From: a bacterium
Lineage (GTDB): Bacteria; UBA10199; 2-02-FULL-50-16; JAJFLM01
NCBI GenBank assembly: GCA_965216315.1
Contig: CBDCFN010000016.1
Location: 800,001-864,000 of the forward strand
Direction: 5' to 3'
Length of the DNA stretch: 64,000 nt
This document shows positions 43,029-54,101 of the stretch, piece after piece. The position numbers were made by a program, and so were the translations under genes. The first letter of the stretch is position 1. Each line of letters starts with the position of its first letter. The notes below the pieces were generated by a model that was not told the origin of the DNA, ran no database searches, and worked only from the letters and a program-made list of their open reading frames with translations.

Positions 43029-44405
43029 ATGTGCGGTATTGTGGGTATTTACAATCATCCCGAAGCGAGCAATCGGACCTATCTCGCGCTCCACGCCCTC
43101 CAGCATCGGGGCCAGGAGAGCGCTGGCATTGTTTCTTCCACCGGTGAGCGTCTCTTTGCGCAGCGGCGTATGGGGCTGGTGGCCGACATTTTTACGGAAG
43201 CGGTACTTAAGCGTTTACCCGGTCCCCATGCCATCGGTCATGTCCGTTATTCAACGACAGGTATGAGTGAATTGAAAAATGCACAGCCCTTTCGGGTTGA
43301 GTATGCACGTGGGGGTCTGGCCGTTGCGCACAACGGTAATTTGGTCAACATCCAGAAAATACGTGGAGAGTTAGAGGCACATGGATCCATTTTTCAGTCG
43401 ACAATGGATACCGAGGTTCTTGTTCATTTGATTGCGACTTCGCGTAAGAACTCGTTGCCGGATCGTATTGTCGATGCATTAAAACAGGTTAAGGGGGCCT
43501 ACTCGCTGGTCTTTTTGTCAGAGACTCGCATGATAGCTGTAAGGGACCCGCATGGGTGGCGTCCGCTTGTTGTCGGTAAGCTGGGCGATGGCTATGTCGT
43601 TGCTTCCGAGACCTGTGCACTAGATCTCATTGAGGCTGACTTTATCCGTGAAGTCGAACCGGGCGAGATGTTGGTTTTCGACAAGGCGGGAATGCATTCA
43701 AGTAAGCCGTTTGAGCAGTTGAAGAAAAAAGCCATGTGCATCTTCGAGTTTATTTATTTTGCCAAGCCCGACAGCCATATTTTTGGCCGTGATGTTTATT
43801 CAATGAGAAAAGGGTTTGGCCACCAGTTGGCGCGCGAGCATCCGGTTGATGCCGATGTTGTTATTGCTGTTCCTGATTCGGGCCTGCCTGCGGCCATAGG
43901 GTATTCCGAAGAGTCCGGGATCCCATTTCAGATGGGTTTGGTACGCAACCACTATGTTGGGCGTACCTTTATCGAGCCTAAACAGTCTATTCGGCACTTT
44001 GGTGTGAAGCTAAAACTCAATCCTGTCAAAGGTGTTCTGGAAGGTAAGCGAGTCGTTGTTGTTGATGATTCAATTGTGCGTGGTACGACATCGCGGAAGA
44101 TTGTTGAAATGATACGCGGTGCGGGTGCCAAAGAAATCCATTTCCGTGTTTCAGCGCCTCCCACGGCTTGGCCCTGTTTCTATGGAATCGATACGCCGAC
44201 ACGTGAGGAATTGATGGCATCAGATCATTCCGTCGATTCGATTCGAGATTTTATCAGCGCCGACACGTTAGGGTATCTTTCTTCGCAAGGCCTTTATTGG
44301 TTTGAGAAGAATCCTGGTGAATGGTTTTGCGATGCCTGCTTTACGGGGAATTATCCGGTCACCGTGGAAGACCAGGCCGTTCAACCTGTCAAGTTAGTCA
44401 AGTAA
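43029..44405 (+). CDS. purF: Amidophosphoribosyltransferase
   Basis: [23 protein letters not shown]. Confidence 0.98.
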   Translation: MCGIVGIYNHPEASNRTYLALHALQHRGQESAGIVSSTGERLFAQRRMGLVADIFTEAVLKRLPGPHAIGHVRYSTTGMSELKNAQPFRVEYARGGLAVAHNGNLVNIQKIRGELEAHGSIFQSTMDTEVLVHLIATSRKNSLPDRIVDALKQVKGAYSLVFLSETRMIAVRDPHGWRPLVVGKLGDGYVVASETCALDLIEADFIREVEPGEMLVFDKAGMHSSKPFEQLKKKAMCIFEFIYFAKPDSHIFGRDVYSMRKGFGHQLAREHPVDADVVIAVPDSGLPAAIGYSEESGIPFQMGLVRNHYVGRTFIEPKQSIRHFGVKLKLNPVKGVLEGKRVVVVDDSIVRGTTSRKIVEMIRGAGAKEIHFRVSAPPTAWPCFYGIDTPTREELMASDHSVDSIRDFISADTLGYLSSQGLYWFEKNPGEWFCDACFTGNYPVTVEDQAVQPVKLVK

Positions 44406-44482
44406 TAATCAATGATAACTACCGTAGCCCAACCCATAGCGAGCAAAGCGAGCGAGAGGGGGAGGCTCCACGAGCCCCTATT

Positions 44483-45829
44483 ATGCTGTTTCGTTTAGGC
44501 GCTGCGTTTTCAACCCTTTCTCGCCGCTTCATCCCTGAACCCTACGTTTTTGCTCTGTTCCTGACGCTGCTGGCTCTCGTGATGACGGTGCTGGGACAGT
44601 TTCAATTGGGGAAATCCTGGTCCGGGGTGGGAGAGTTGCTCGTCTTCTGGCAAAAGACCGGACTGTGGCAGTACCTCGAATTTGGTATGCAGATGGTGTT
44701 GGTCTTAGTGACGGGTCATGCTGTTGCCACCTCGCGTCCTGTTTTTAAGGTACTAAAAGGCATGGCCAATTGGCCACGCACGCCGACCAGTGCGATTATC
44801 ATGACGGCGGCGCTGAGTATCTTGGCGGGCATCGTTCACTGGGGCTTGGCGTTGATAGTAGGTGCTTATTTTGCGCGTGAAGTCGCTCATCGCTTTCAAG
44901 CGAGGGGTGAGTTGCTTCATTACCCCCTCTGTGGAGCCGCGGCCTATTTGGGTCTCATGATATGGCATGGCGGTTTGTCCGGTTCGGCGCCTCTCGTTAT
45001 GAATACGCCGGGCCATTTTCTGTCCGATCAAGTTGCGCTCATTCCGATCACAACGACCGTCCTTTCTTCGATGAACCTCATCTTGTTGTTAGTGCTGTTG
45101 GTCGGTTTGCCTCTGGTTGTTGGAATGATGCACCCGCGCCGTGCGGATCAAGTTGACATGTCGGCCGTTCCACCGTTGGAGCCTGAGATGGAGGCCGAGG
45201 AAAAGGGTTCTAGCTTGGCTCAGTGGTTGGAGCGAAGCAGTACGCTTTCTATGTTGGTTGCCATCATCGGGCTCGCGTCACTGTTTATCGCGGGGTGGGG
45301 GCGGTTTCGTTTATCGCTAAACTCGCTTAATTTTATTTTTTTGTTTCTAGGAATTATTTTACACCGCACACCGCGAAGTTATCTCAACTCCATTCAAGCA
45401 GGCGTGAAGTCAGCCAGCGGCATAATTATATTGTTTCCTTTTTATGCCGGTATTTATGGACTCTTGGCCTATGACGACATGATACGACAGTGGATTCAAT
45501 GGGCCGTGACCAGCGCGAATGAGACAGTATTTATCGTGGGGACGTTTCTGAGTGCCGGATTGTTGAATCTATTTGTACCGTCGGGTGGGGGGCAGTGGGG
45601 CATCCAAGGTCCGTTGGCAATTGCGGGGGCTGAGCAGCTGGGCATTCCTTTCTCCAAGATTACTATGGCCGTCGCCTATGGCGATGAATGGACGAATATG
45701 TTGCAGCCGTTTTGGGCTTTGCCTATCCTTCAGATTACTGGCTTGAAAGCCCGTGAAATAGTGGGATATACCTCGTTGATTATGTTGTTGTCACTGCCTG
45801 CGTATCTGTTGGTGTTAATTCTCTTTTGA
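44483..45829 (+). CDS. Short-chain fatty acid transporter (AtoE/TIGR00366-like)
   Basis: WHGGLSGSAPL, FPFYAGI, FVPSGGGQW, AYGDEWTNMLQPFWALP; start ATG 44483. Confidence 0.88.
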   Translation: MLFRLGAAFSTLSRRFIPEPYVFALFLTLLALVMTVLGQFQLGKSWSGVGELLVFWQKTGLWQYLEFGMQMVLVLVTGHAVATSRPVFKVLKGMANWPRTPTSAIIMTAALSILAGIVHWGLALIVGAYFAREVAHRFQARGELLHYPLCGAAAYLGLMIWHGGLSGSAPLVMNTPGHFLSDQVALIPITTTVLSSMNLILLLVLLVGLPLVVGMMHPRRADQVDMSAVPPLEPEMEAEEKGSSLAQWLERSSTLSMLVAIIGLASLFIAGWGRFRLSLNSLNFIFLFLGIILHRTPRSYLNSIQAGVKSASGIIILFPFYAGIYGLLAYDDMIRQWIQWAVTSANETVFIVGTFLSAGLLNLFVPSGGGQWGIQGPLAIAGAEQLGIPFSKITMAVAYGDEWTNMLQPFWALPILQITGLKAREIVGYTSLIMLLSLPAYLLVLILF

Positions 45830-45839
45830 GGAGTAAATT

Positions 45840-46088
45840 GTGTTTGGCTTAGGTTTTGGTGAAGTAACGATAATCCTGCTCGTGGCTCTGGTTTTTCTGG
45901 GTCCCAAGCGACTCCCTGATGTTGGTCGAAAAATCGGTGAATTCTACCGCCAGTTTCGCGATGCTGCGGATACCGTTAAAGGAACGATTTCGGGTGAATT
46001 TGAAGAAACAACGGAAAAGGATTCCGCTGAATCGTCGCAAGTGAATTCAGTGAGCAGAGATAAGGATAGCAGTGACCGAAGCGAATAA
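45840..46088 (+). CDS. tatB: Twin-arginine translocase TatA/TatB-family subunit
   Basis: FGLGFGE...LGPKRLP; directly upstream of tatC. Confidence 0.8.
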   Translation: MFGLGFGEVTIILLVALVFLGPKRLPDVGRKIGEFYRQFRDAADTVKGTISGEFEETTEKDSAESSQVNSVSRDKDSSDRSE

Positions 46089-46797
46089 AATGCCCTTGAT
46101 GCAGCACCTGGAGGAGTTGCGTACGCGTATTTTGCGCATTATGGCGGCCATGGCGGCAGGGTGTGTCATTGGCCTGATTTTCTCCAAAAAAATCTATCAT
46201 TGGCTGGCGGCGCCGATGCAGCAAATCCTCGGTGAGCAGGCTCATTTTATTGCCACGAGTCCGTTGGAAGCCTTCATGACTTATATGCGGACCGGCTTTG
46301 TTGCAGGCCTGTTTCTTGCCGTGCCGGTAATTTTTTTCCAGTTTTGGCAGTTTATCGCCCCTGGGCTGCATAAAGGCGAGCAAAAGGGCACGATGTTGTT
46401 CGTCACCATGACTACCTTCTTTTTTATAGGGGGGGCATTATTTGGTTACTTCATTGTGTTTCCCACAAGCTTTCATTTTTTTGCCGCATTGCTGTCTGAT
46501 ACCGGCATTCAATTGCTTCCTAAAATGAATGAATATTTCGGATTTGCCGTCCGGCTTCTCCTGGCGTTCGGTCTCGTTTTTGAGCTGCCCGTCTTGATAT
46601 TGATGTTGGCGCGGCTGGGAATTGTCAGCTCAGCCATGTTGAAAAAAGCGCGGCCCTATACAATCGTAGCCGTGTTTATTGTGGCGGGCTTGATGACAGG
46701 CCCTGATATTGCCTCACAGTTTTTAATGGCGATTCCGCTCTTGATCCTTTTTGAAGTAGGGATCATACTAGCACGGTTGTTTGGCAAAAAGGGGTAA
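46072..46797 (+). CDS. tatC: Twin-arginine translocase TatC
   Basis: MPLMQHLEELR, FIAPGL, FGLVFELP. Confidence 0.96.
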   Translation: MTEANKMPLMQHLEELRTRILRIMAAMAAGCVIGLIFSKKIYHWLAAPMQQILGEQAHFIATSPLEAFMTYMRTGFVAGLFLAVPVIFFQFWQFIAPGLHKGEQKGTMLFVTMTTFFFIGGALFGYFIVFPTSFHFFAALLSDTGIQLLPKMNEYFGFAVRLLLAFGLVFELPVLILMLARLGIVSSAMLKKARPYTIVAVFIVAGLMTGPDIASQFLMAIPLLILFEVGIILARLFGKKG

Positions 46798-46875
46798 GGA
46801 AAGGCTTGGTAGGATCGATATAGCTGTGGTAGTATTTGGTTCATTTTTTCAATAAGCACAAATGGGGGTATTCCA

Positions 46876-47619
46876 ATGAAGTTTCGAAAGAATCAGGTTA
46901 ATAAGCTTATCTTCGCGATGATCATGGCAAGTTTTCTACCGGCTGCAGGTTGCACGGGGGGCATGTCGGATGAGGCGATTAAAGCCTATCTCGAGAAAAA
47001 TCCCGAAATCATTAAGGCCCAGGTTGAGGCCGTTCTTAACGAGAAAGGGATTCGGGGTCGGCCCAAGCCGAAATCGATCGACGAATTGATGAAATCCCGC
47101 ATTAAGGTGGGGTTGAACAATGCCCCGATCAAAGGGGCCAAAGATGCCCCGATCACGATTGTCGAATTTTCCGACTTTCAATGTCCTTTTTGTAAGCGCG
47201 TCAATCCTACCATGGATCAGTTGCTGAAAGACTACGAGGGTAAAGTTCGCGTCGCGTTTCGTCAGCATCCTTTAAGTTTCCATAAGCAGGCCATGCCGGC
47301 AGCGAAGGCGTCTTTGGCGGCCCATGAGCAGGGGAAATTTTGGGAAATGCACGACGAGTTATTCGAAATTCAGCGGCAGCTGACGGATGAGAATATTCTC
47401 AAGGCGGCTAAAAAAATTGGCCTGGATATTAAAAAATTCGAAAAAGACTGGAAGTCGAATAAATATGATGCCCAGATTCAGGAGGACATCAAATTTGCAC
47501 GTTCCAATGGGGCAACCGGGACGCCGGCTTTCTTTGTCAATGGTGTTTACGTTAAGGGCGCGAAGCAAGCCCCTTATTTTAAGCGCTTGATCGATAAATT
47601 ATTGGCAGAAAATAAGTAG
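46876..47619 (+). CDS. DsbA/BdbD-like thioredoxin-fold protein, probable lipoprotein
   Basis: EFSDFQCPFC, GTPAFFVNG; AAGC lipobox-like. Confidence 0.9.
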   Translation: MKFRKNQVNKLIFAMIMASFLPAAGCTGGMSDEAIKAYLEKNPEIIKAQVEAVLNEKGIRGRPKPKSIDELMKSRIKVGLNNAPIKGAKDAPITIVEFSDFQCPFCKRVNPTMDQLLKDYEGKVRVAFRQHPLSFHKQAMPAAKASLAAHEQGKFWEMHDELFEIQRQLTDENILKAAKKIGLDIKKFEKDWKSNKYDAQIQEDIKFARSNGATGTPAFFVNGVYVKGAKQAPYFKRLIDKLLAENK

Positions 47620-47622
47620 GCT

Positions 47623-48135
47623 TTACTCAATGACGATGAGGGTCTGGCCGTCTTCGACGGCCTGACCTTCTTCGCATTGGATCTCTTTGACCGTTCCGGC
47701 AACTTCCGCGTTTAATTCATTTTCCATTTTCATGGCCTCGACAATCACAACCCCTTGGCCGGGTTCGACTTTGTCTCCTACCGCCACCTCGATTTTGACG
47801 ACACGGCCCGGCATGGGACTGGAAACGACTTGGGCCCCCTCCACGAGGCCTCCGGCAGCGGCGCCCGACCGTTTGCGCCGTGGATCATAGACATCGATGT
47901 CCCAGGTGGCGCCACGCAAAGTGACGCGCAATTTGTTGTTTTTTAGGGGCTGAATCGTGGCTTCATATGACTCGCCACCGATAATCAATGACCAGACGTC
48001 CGGTTCGACACGTTGTGAGTCGACAGTGAACGTCTTGTCGCCAAGCCGGATTGTATTGAGTCCCGCCTCATCTGTTTCCAGCTCAATCGTTTTGGTGTCG
48101 CCGCCAAAGAGGGCCTCGAGTTTTTTCTTAGTCAC
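47623..48135 (-). CDS. Biotin carboxyl carrier subunit of an acyl-CoA carboxylase
   Basis: SPMPGRV, EAMKMENE; GTG start 48135 overlapping the upstream stop. Confidence 0.92.
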   Translation of the reverse strand: MTKKKLEALFGGDTKTIELETDEAGLNTIRLGDKTFTVDSQRVEPDVWSLIIGGESYEATIQPLKNNKLRVTLRGATWDIDVYDPRRKRSGAAAGGLVEGAQVVSSPMPGRVVKIEVAVGDKVEPGQGVVIVEAMKMENELNAEVAGTVKEIQCEEGQAVEDGQTLIVIE

Positions 48136-49633
48136 TGTGAGTGGCCTCCCGACGCGCAGCAATTTTCCAGGGTGAGATAGCCGGGCCCGCCGCTTCGCGA
48201 TCATCGGAGTCTTGGGGACCCAGCTCATCAAAGGCGAGGGAGGCTGCGATGATCGCAACTTCTTCGAGCTCTGTAGGGTGTCCGGCCTGATACCATTCAC
48301 CCATTGTGCCGATAAAGCCGGTGTCAAACTTGCCTTCGCAAAAATCTTTATTGTTGAGAACTTCTTGGTGGAAGAGGATATTATGTTTGACGCCATCAAT
48401 TCGATACTCGCGGAGTGCACGTCGCATTCTCTCAATCATTTCTCGGCGGGTTCGACCCCAAACGATGAGTTTGGCTATCATTGGATCGTAGTAAATGCTG
48501 ATTTCACTTCCGGGGAATACCGCCGAATCAATGCGAATTCCAGGCCCCTCCGGATTGCGCACGGCTTCAATGGTTCCGGGCGATGGCATGAAGTTATTCT
48601 CGGCATCTTCAGCGTAGATCCGACATTCGAGGGCATGGCCGCGCAGTTGGATCTCATCTTGTTTGTAGCGTAAAGGTTCTCCTGCGGCGATGTGAAGCTG
48701 CTCTTTGACCAAGTCGAGACCGGTAACGAGTTCAGTGACGGGATGTTCCACTTGGAGGCGCGCATTCATTTCGAGAAAATAATAGTTTTGATCTCTATCG
48801 ACGAGAAACTCCAGTGTCCCCGCGCCCGCATAACCGACTTCTTTGGTGAGGTTGACGGCCGCTTCGAGGAGTTTTTGTCGAGTGTTATCAGAGATGAACG
48901 GGGAAGGCGATTCTTCTAAAACTTTTTGATGACGTCGTTGAATAGAGCAGTCACGTTCTCCCAACGCAATAACATTACCGTGGGTATCACCAAGGATCTG
49001 AATTTCAATATGATGGGGCTCAACGACAAATTTCTCAATAAAGACCGCATCATCGCCGAACGAGGACTTGGCTTCGGACTGTGTCATTTGAAAGGCCGAT
49101 TCGATTTCTTCGGCGCTCTCGACCCGACGCATGCCTTTGCCCCCGCCGCCGGCGCTGGCTTTAAGCATAACCGGGTACCCAATTTTGTCGGCAACCTCTT
49201 TGGCCTCGGGGGCGTCTTTGAGGGGGCGCTCAATACCTGGTACGGTTGGAACCCCGGCGCGATCCGCTAATTTGCGTGCTGAGATCTTGTCTCCGAGTGA
49301 TTTCATTGCTTTGGACGTGGGACCGATGAAGACAATGCCGGCTTTTTTGCAGGCGTCACTGAAGGCGGCATTCTCAGAGAGGAAACCATAACCGGGATGA
49401 ATCGCCTCTGCTTCAGTTTGCTTGGCGACTTCGAGTATCTTATCCATAACCAGATAGCTCTCATTCGCCGGTGCGGGACCGATGAGATAGGCCTCATCGG
49501 CCATGCGCACGTGGAGACCATCGCGGTCGGCCTCGGAATAGACGGCAACCGTCTTGATGCCACGTTCGCGACAGGTGCGGATGACGCGGATGGCAATTTC
49601 ACCGCGGTTGGCTATGAGAATTTTTTTAAACAT
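48128..49633 (-). CDS. accC: Biotin carboxylase subunit (AccC/PccA-like)
   Basis: IANRGEIA, HPGYGFLSEN, GGGGKGMR, EMNARLQVEH. Confidence 0.93.
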   Translation of the reverse strand: MFKKILIANRGEIAIRVIRTCRERGIKTVAVYSEADRDGLHVRMADEAYLIGPAPANESYLVMDKILEVAKQTEAEAIHPGYGFLSENAAFSDACKKAGIVFIGPTSKAMKSLGDKISARKLADRAGVPTVPGIERPLKDAPEAKEVADKIGYPVMLKASAGGGGKGMRRVESAEEIESAFQMTQSEAKSSFGDDAVFIEKFVVEPHHIEIQILGDTHGNVIALGERDCSIQRRHQKVLEESPSPFISDNTRQKLLEAAVNLTKEVGYAGAGTLEFLVDRDQNYYFLEMNARLQVEHPVTELVTGLDLVKEQLHIAAGEPLRYKQDEIQLRGHALECRIYAEDAENNFMPSPGTIEAVRNPEGPGIRIDSAVFPGSEISIYYDPMIAKLIVWGRTRREMIERMRRALREYRIDGVKHNILFHQEVLNNKDFCEGKFDTGFIGTMGEWYQAGHPTELEEVAIIAASLAFDELGPQDSDDREAAGPAISPWKIAARREATHSD

Positions 49634-51183
49634 TATAGTGGAATATTGCCGTGCTTCTTCGGTGGATTCTTATCCCGCTTGTTTTCTAGCATCTCGAGAG
49701 CATTAATGACCCGCGGCCGTGTTTCCGCCGGACGGATCACTTCATCGATATAACCAAGCTCCGCTGCCTTGTAAGGATTGGCAAAGGTATCACGGTAATT
49801 TTGTACGAGCTCTGTTCTCTTACTATCCGCATCATCGGCATTGGCCAGTTCTTTCCGAAAGATAATGTTAACGGCGCCGTCGGGGCCCATCACTGCGATT
49901 TCGGCTGTCGGATAGGCGAAATTGACGTCGCCGCGGATATGCTTGGAACTCATGACGTCATAGGCGCCCCCGTAAGCCTTGCGGGTAATAACCGTGACTT
50001 TGGGGACCGTGGCCTCGCAGAAGGCGTAGAGCAGTTTGGCTCCATGGCGGATAATGCCACCCCATTCTTGGTCCGTGCCCGGCAAGAAACCGGGAACATC
50101 GACAAAGGTGACGATGGGGATGTTAAAGGAGTCGCAAAAGCGGACAAATCGAGCGCCTTTTACCGAGGCGTTAATATCGAGGCAGCCGGCCAGGACACTG
50201 GGCTGGTTGGCGACGATGCCTACCGTGCGTCCGTCCATGCGCGCAAAGGCAATAATCATATTTTTGGCATAGTGCTCGTGGACCTCAAAGAAGGAGTCGG
50301 TATCGATGACGGCTTGGATGACTTTTTTCATGTCATAAGGTTTATTGGGATTGTCTGGAATGAGTTTGTCCAAGGACTCATCCATGCGATCCGCTTTATC
50401 CGTCGTCGGCAACTTGGGTGGGTCTTCCAGATTATTGGAAGGGAGGTAGCTGATTAGCTCGCGGAGACGATGGAGGCAATCTTCATCGTTTTCGGCGGCA
50501 AAGTGAGCGACGCCGGAGGTGGCGTTGTGAGTCATGGCACCGCCTAAGTCTTCCTTGTTAACATCCTCATGAGTGACGGTTTTGATGACTTCGGGGCCCG
50601 TAATAAACATGTGAGACGTGCCTTTCACCATCATAATAAAATCTGTCATGATTGGTGAGTAGACAGCGCCGCCAGCACATGGTCCCATAATCGCTGAGAT
50701 CTGCGGAATAACCCCCGATGACATGACGTTGCGTTGAAAGATATCGGCATAACCGGCGAGGCTGACGACACCTTCTTGAATGCGCGCGCCACCAGAGTCA
50801 TTGAGCCCAATAACGGGGGCGCCGACTTTCATGGCATGGTCCATCACCTTGCAGATTTTTTCAGCAAAGGCCTGGCCCAGAGAGCCGCCAAAGACCGTGA
50901 AGTCCTGGGCGAAAACAAAGACGAGCCGACCGTCTATCTTGCCATAACCCGTGACGACGCCATCGCCGTAGACCTTTTTCTTGTCGACCCCAAAATCAGT
51001 GCAGCGGTGGGTGACAAAACGATCGGTTTCGACGAAGCTCCCCGGGTCGAGGAGGAGATCGATGCGCTCACGGGCAGTTAATTTGCCCGCGGCGTGGTGC
51101 TTTTCGACGCGCTCGGGCCCGCCCGCTTGCGCGGCCAGTTCGGTTTTCTCTTGTAATTCCTTTAGCTTAGCTTCTAAACTCAT
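49633..51183 (-). CDS. pccB: Acyl-CoA (propionyl-CoA-type) carboxylase carboxyltransferase subunit
   Basis: [42 protein letters not shown]. Confidence 0.92.
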   Translation of the reverse strand: MSLEAKLKELQEKTELAAQAGGPERVEKHHAAGKLTARERIDLLLDPGSFVETDRFVTHRCTDFGVDKKKVYGDGVVTGYGKIDGRLVFVFAQDFTVFGGSLGQAFAEKICKVMDHAMKVGAPVIGLNDSGGARIQEGVVSLAGYADIFQRNVMSSGVIPQISAIMGPCAGGAVYSPIMTDFIMMVKGTSHMFITGPEVIKTVTHEDVNKEDLGGAMTHNATSGVAHFAAENDEDCLHRLRELISYLPSNNLEDPPKLPTTDKADRMDESLDKLIPDNPNKPYDMKKVIQAVIDTDSFFEVHEHYAKNMIIAFARMDGRTVGIVANQPSVLAGCLDINASVKGARFVRFCDSFNIPIVTFVDVPGFLPGTDQEWGGIIRHGAKLLYAFCEATVPKVTVITRKAYGGAYDVMSSKHIRGDVNFAYPTAEIAVMGPDGAVNIIFRKELANADDADSKRTELVQNYRDTFANPYKAAELGYIDEVIRPAETRPRVINALEMLENKRDKNPPKKHGNIPL

Positions 51184-51271
51184 GGGTAATCTCTTGAAAT
51201 TATTGCGCTTTTTCTAAATATCCTGACGCAGAATGTCAATAAAAATTCCGGCGGGTCTCCAGCCCGCTTTA

Positions 51272-51298
51272 GCAACTCTGGGCGATCCCCGTCGATAG
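51272..51298 (+). promoter_or_regulatory. Putative FliA/sigma28-like promoter
   Basis: GCAA-N15-GTCGATAG. Confidence 0.4.
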
Positions 51299-51300
51299 AA

Positions 51301-52194
51301 ATGCATCGGGTCATGGTGCTACTCAACCTCCATTCAGTGAAATTTGCTCAGGCCGCGGTGCTTGCGGGCAGTTCGGCCGCGCTGACACTTACCCAGGTCA
51401 TGCACAATATCAATACGCGCCTCGGGCACATCGAGCGGACCCTGGCCACGGAGCCGAATGTCCTGGCCGTAAAGGGGATCCAGGAGGTGGTTGATAAGCA
51501 CATGAGCTTTATCGCGGGGTTTGACCGCCAGCCCATCCATGTAGATGGTGAGATCGAACAAGATATTCGCGTCGATTTAGGCCGTTGGATTGACGGGATG
51601 ATCCAGTTTAACGAATATTTTAAAGTGCAAGGTGATCTTGAAAGGGCGCGGTATGATTTCAGTATTATGCGCAAGCCTTTCGATGAGCTCCAAGTCCGTT
51701 TGCGCGATGCGGATTTTTCGGACGCGATAGTCATAGAAGATGATGACATTGTTGAGGTCGATTCGTCCGAGCATGATATTTATATTTATGAAGAAGGCGA
51801 TGAGGCGGACTTACATCGGGTTGCGGCGGGTCGGCGCCATCATCGGGCCGCACGTGCGCGTTATCTTTTTCCGCAAGAAGTGATTGATTTGCGTCAGTAT
51901 AAAGATCGGGTGACCGTGGAGTATTTAATTGAAAAAATAATTAATCCACGGTTGGCGCTATTGTCAGAGGGGACGCATTTTATCATTGATGTTGAAGTCG
52001 ATCGGCAGACACTGCAAAATATGGCGTGGGCCCTTTGGCAGCGCTATAAATTGTCGGCAACGGCGTTTGAAGATAAGGCACTTATTTTAAGACTTTCCTC
52101 ACAAGGTCAGCAATGTCGCATCTATATTGACTCGACAAGTTCGCGTGGCAACTACCTGACGATGACACCAGAGGCCATTCCGATCCCGGAATAG
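51301..52194 (+). CDS. Hypothetical protein (orphan; start may be ATG 51313)
   Basis: 297-aa ORF filling the gap; no recognisable motif; acidic then His/Arg-rich central segment. Confidence 0.7.
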   Translation: MHRVMVLLNLHSVKFAQAAVLAGSSAALTLTQVMHNINTRLGHIERTLATEPNVLAVKGIQEVVDKHMSFIAGFDRQPIHVDGEIEQDIRVDLGRWIDGMIQFNEYFKVQGDLERARYDFSIMRKPFDELQVRLRDADFSDAIVIEDDDIVEVDSSEHDIYIYEEGDEADLHRVAAGRRHHRAARARYLFPQEVIDLRQYKDRVTVEYLIEKIINPRLALLSEGTHFIIDVEVDRQTLQNMAWALWQRYKLSATAFEDKALILRLSSQGQQCRIYIDSTSSRGNYLTMTPEAIPIPE

Positions 52195-52238
52195 GGCTTT
52201 TCTTGCGAAATTTCGATAATTGACGCGGCGTTCAGGTC

Positions 52239-52265
52239 ACAACGGGAGCGAATCTTATCCGATAA
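52239..52265 (+). promoter_or_regulatory. Putative FliA/sigma28-like promoter
   Basis: ACAA-N15-TCCGATAA, followed by AGGAG and the GTG start. Confidence 0.45.
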
Positions 52266-52276
52266 GGGCTTAGGAG

Positions 52277-52915
52277 GTGACTGTGATTCTAACCAGTGGA
52301 CTATCGCTTTGCGCACTGCCGGCCGCTATCTGTGCGGCGGCGCCCCCGCAAAATACGACCGTCAATGAGTCAATGAGTGTCGATGATGTACTGAGTGCAA
52401 CGCAGGCCATTGATGCGGGGGCACCTATTGTTAGCCGGTCTGTGCGACACTACTATCGATTGCCGGCAGCGATTGATGAAAGCACCGGAATACTCGCCAA
52501 TGCAATCACGGCCCTGAAAGCCACGCCATCTAATGGGGAAGCTATATTGCGCTTTAGCGTTGGATCGGAGACTCTTGAGACTATCGCGGCCCACTTAAGA
52601 GATGTCTTTAGTATTCGCGCGGGAGAGATCGCGACTCCTTTAAAGGCAATGAGTGCCGGTCTCAACAGGTTATACCTGGATGTCATTAATGACTGGGCGG
52701 CTGCAAATAAGGATTATCCTGCGGTGTCACGGTTTCAGGCTCTCGCTCGACAGGTCGGTGATGAATGGGTATTTCATCTGAAGAATCACGAATTACCATC
52801 GGAGCCAAAGACGCTCGTCTTGCAGGCCTGGGGAGCCTATGACAATCAAAAACTGCTCAATGAGATTAGAATCCAGATTGGTGCTGTATCTCAAGACGCA
52901 GCGAGCCTCAATTAA
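52277..52915 (+). CDS. Hypothetical protein (orphan)
   Basis: 212-aa ORF, Ala-rich N-terminus, no recognisable family. Confidence 0.65.
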   Translation: MTVILTSGLSLCALPAAICAAAPPQNTTVNESMSVDDVLSATQAIDAGAPIVSRSVRHYYRLPAAIDESTGILANAITALKATPSNGEAILRFSVGSETLETIAAHLRDVFSIRAGEIATPLKAMSAGLNRLYLDVINDWAAANKDYPAVSRFQALARQVGDEWVFHLKNHELPSEPKTLVLQAWGAYDNQKLLNEIRIQIGAVSQDAASLN

Positions 52916-54101
52916 AGCGAATTTTTCTAAACTTACGCTTGCCAACCTGACAAAGATAGGCGCCGGGAACCTTTAGTTGGGTTTTGACATCACTTACTTT
53001 CTTCTCATCAATACGAACACCGCCTTGTTCAATCATTCGCCTTGATTCCGACTTGGATGCCGTCATGCCGGCCTCAGTGATGGCCTGAATGAGTGGATAG
53101 TTCGACTTCCCCGTCTCGATTGCAAATTCCTCGATTTCAGAAGGCAGCTGTTTGGCTGCAAAAATCTTTTCAAACTCCTGAACCGCGGCTTTGGCTGCAG
53201 CCTCATCGTGAAACCGCGCGGTTAATTCTTGGGCGAGTTGAGATTTGGCCGCTTTAGGGTGAAGGGTGCCGGCCGCGACGTCCTTTTTGAGCTGCTGTAT
53301 TGCTTCGCCCGAGCGATCGGTGAGGAGCTCGAAGTAATTCCACATTAATTCATCGCTGATCGACATGACCTTGCCGTAGATTTCTCCCGGGGCCTCCTGG
53401 ATACCGATGGCATTCCCATAAGACTTACTCATCTTTTGAGCGCCGTCCGTTCCTACTAAGAGGGGGAGGGTCATAATGCATTGCGGTTCTTGATCGTAAC
53501 GCTTCTGGATCGTGCGACCGGTAAGTAAATTGAAGAGTTGATCCGTGCCTCCCAATTCAATATCAGCTTTTAATACGACCGAATCGTAGGCCTGAATCAG
53601 CGGATAATAAAATTCCATGATGCTGATATCTTGTCCCTGGTCCATCCGCTTTTTGAAGTCATCGCGTTCCATCATTCGAGCGACCGTATGTTTAGAGCCT
53701 AAGGTGGCAAATTCAATGATAGACATCTTATCAAGCCATTCGGAGTTGTAACGAATTTCGGCCTTGTCGATGTCAACAACTTTGCCAGCCTGTTTGATAT
53801 AGGTTTCGGCGTGCGCGCTAATTTCTGCTTCGGAGAGCATGGGGCGCGTTTCGCTTCGTCCGGTAGGGTCGCCGATCCGTGCGGTGAAGTCACCGACTAG
53901 AAATATGACTTGATGTCCCAATTGTTGAAGTTGGCGCAGTTTTTGTAAAAGGACGACATGCCCCAAGTGGAGGTCGGGTGCGGTGGGGTCGAAACCCGCC
54001 TTAATGCGTAGCGGCTTGTTGCGGTTCAGCTTTTTTTGAAGCTCGTCCTCAGAGATGATCTCTACGGTTCCGCGACGAATTATAGTTAGTGGTTCGGTCA
54101 T
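52908..54101 (-). CDS. tyrS: Tyrosine--tRNA ligase
   Basis: GFDPTAPDLHLGH, KMSKS, C-terminal S4 domain. Confidence 0.97.
   Translation of the reverse strand: MTEPLTIIRRGTVEIISEDELQKKLNRNKPLRIKAGFDPTAPDLHLGHVVLLQKLRQLQQLGHQVIFLVGDFTARIGDPTGRSETRPMLSEAEISAHAETYIKQAGKVVDIDKAEIRYNSEWLDKMSIIEFATLGSKHTVARMMERDDFKKRMDQGQDISIMEFYYPLIQAYDSVVLKADIELGGTDQLFNLLTGRTIQKRYDQEPQCIMTLPLLVGTDGAQKMSKSYGNAIGIQEAPGEIYGKVMSISDELMWNYFELLTDRSGEAIQQLKKDVAAGTLHPKAAKSQLAQELTARFHDEAAAKAAVQEFEKIFAAKQLPSEIEEFAIETGKSNYPLIQAITEAGMTASKSESRRMIEQGGVRIDEKKVSDVKTQLKVPGAYLCQVGKRKFRKIRFN

Noticed and set aside
44321..44482. N-terminal extension of the atoE-like ORF
   Set aside because: Overlaps purF and reads through the repeat-like element; ATG 44483 fits better
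48136..48435. N-terminal extension of the BCCP ORF in the track
   Set aside because: Overlaps accC out of frame; GTG at 48135 gives a normal-length protein
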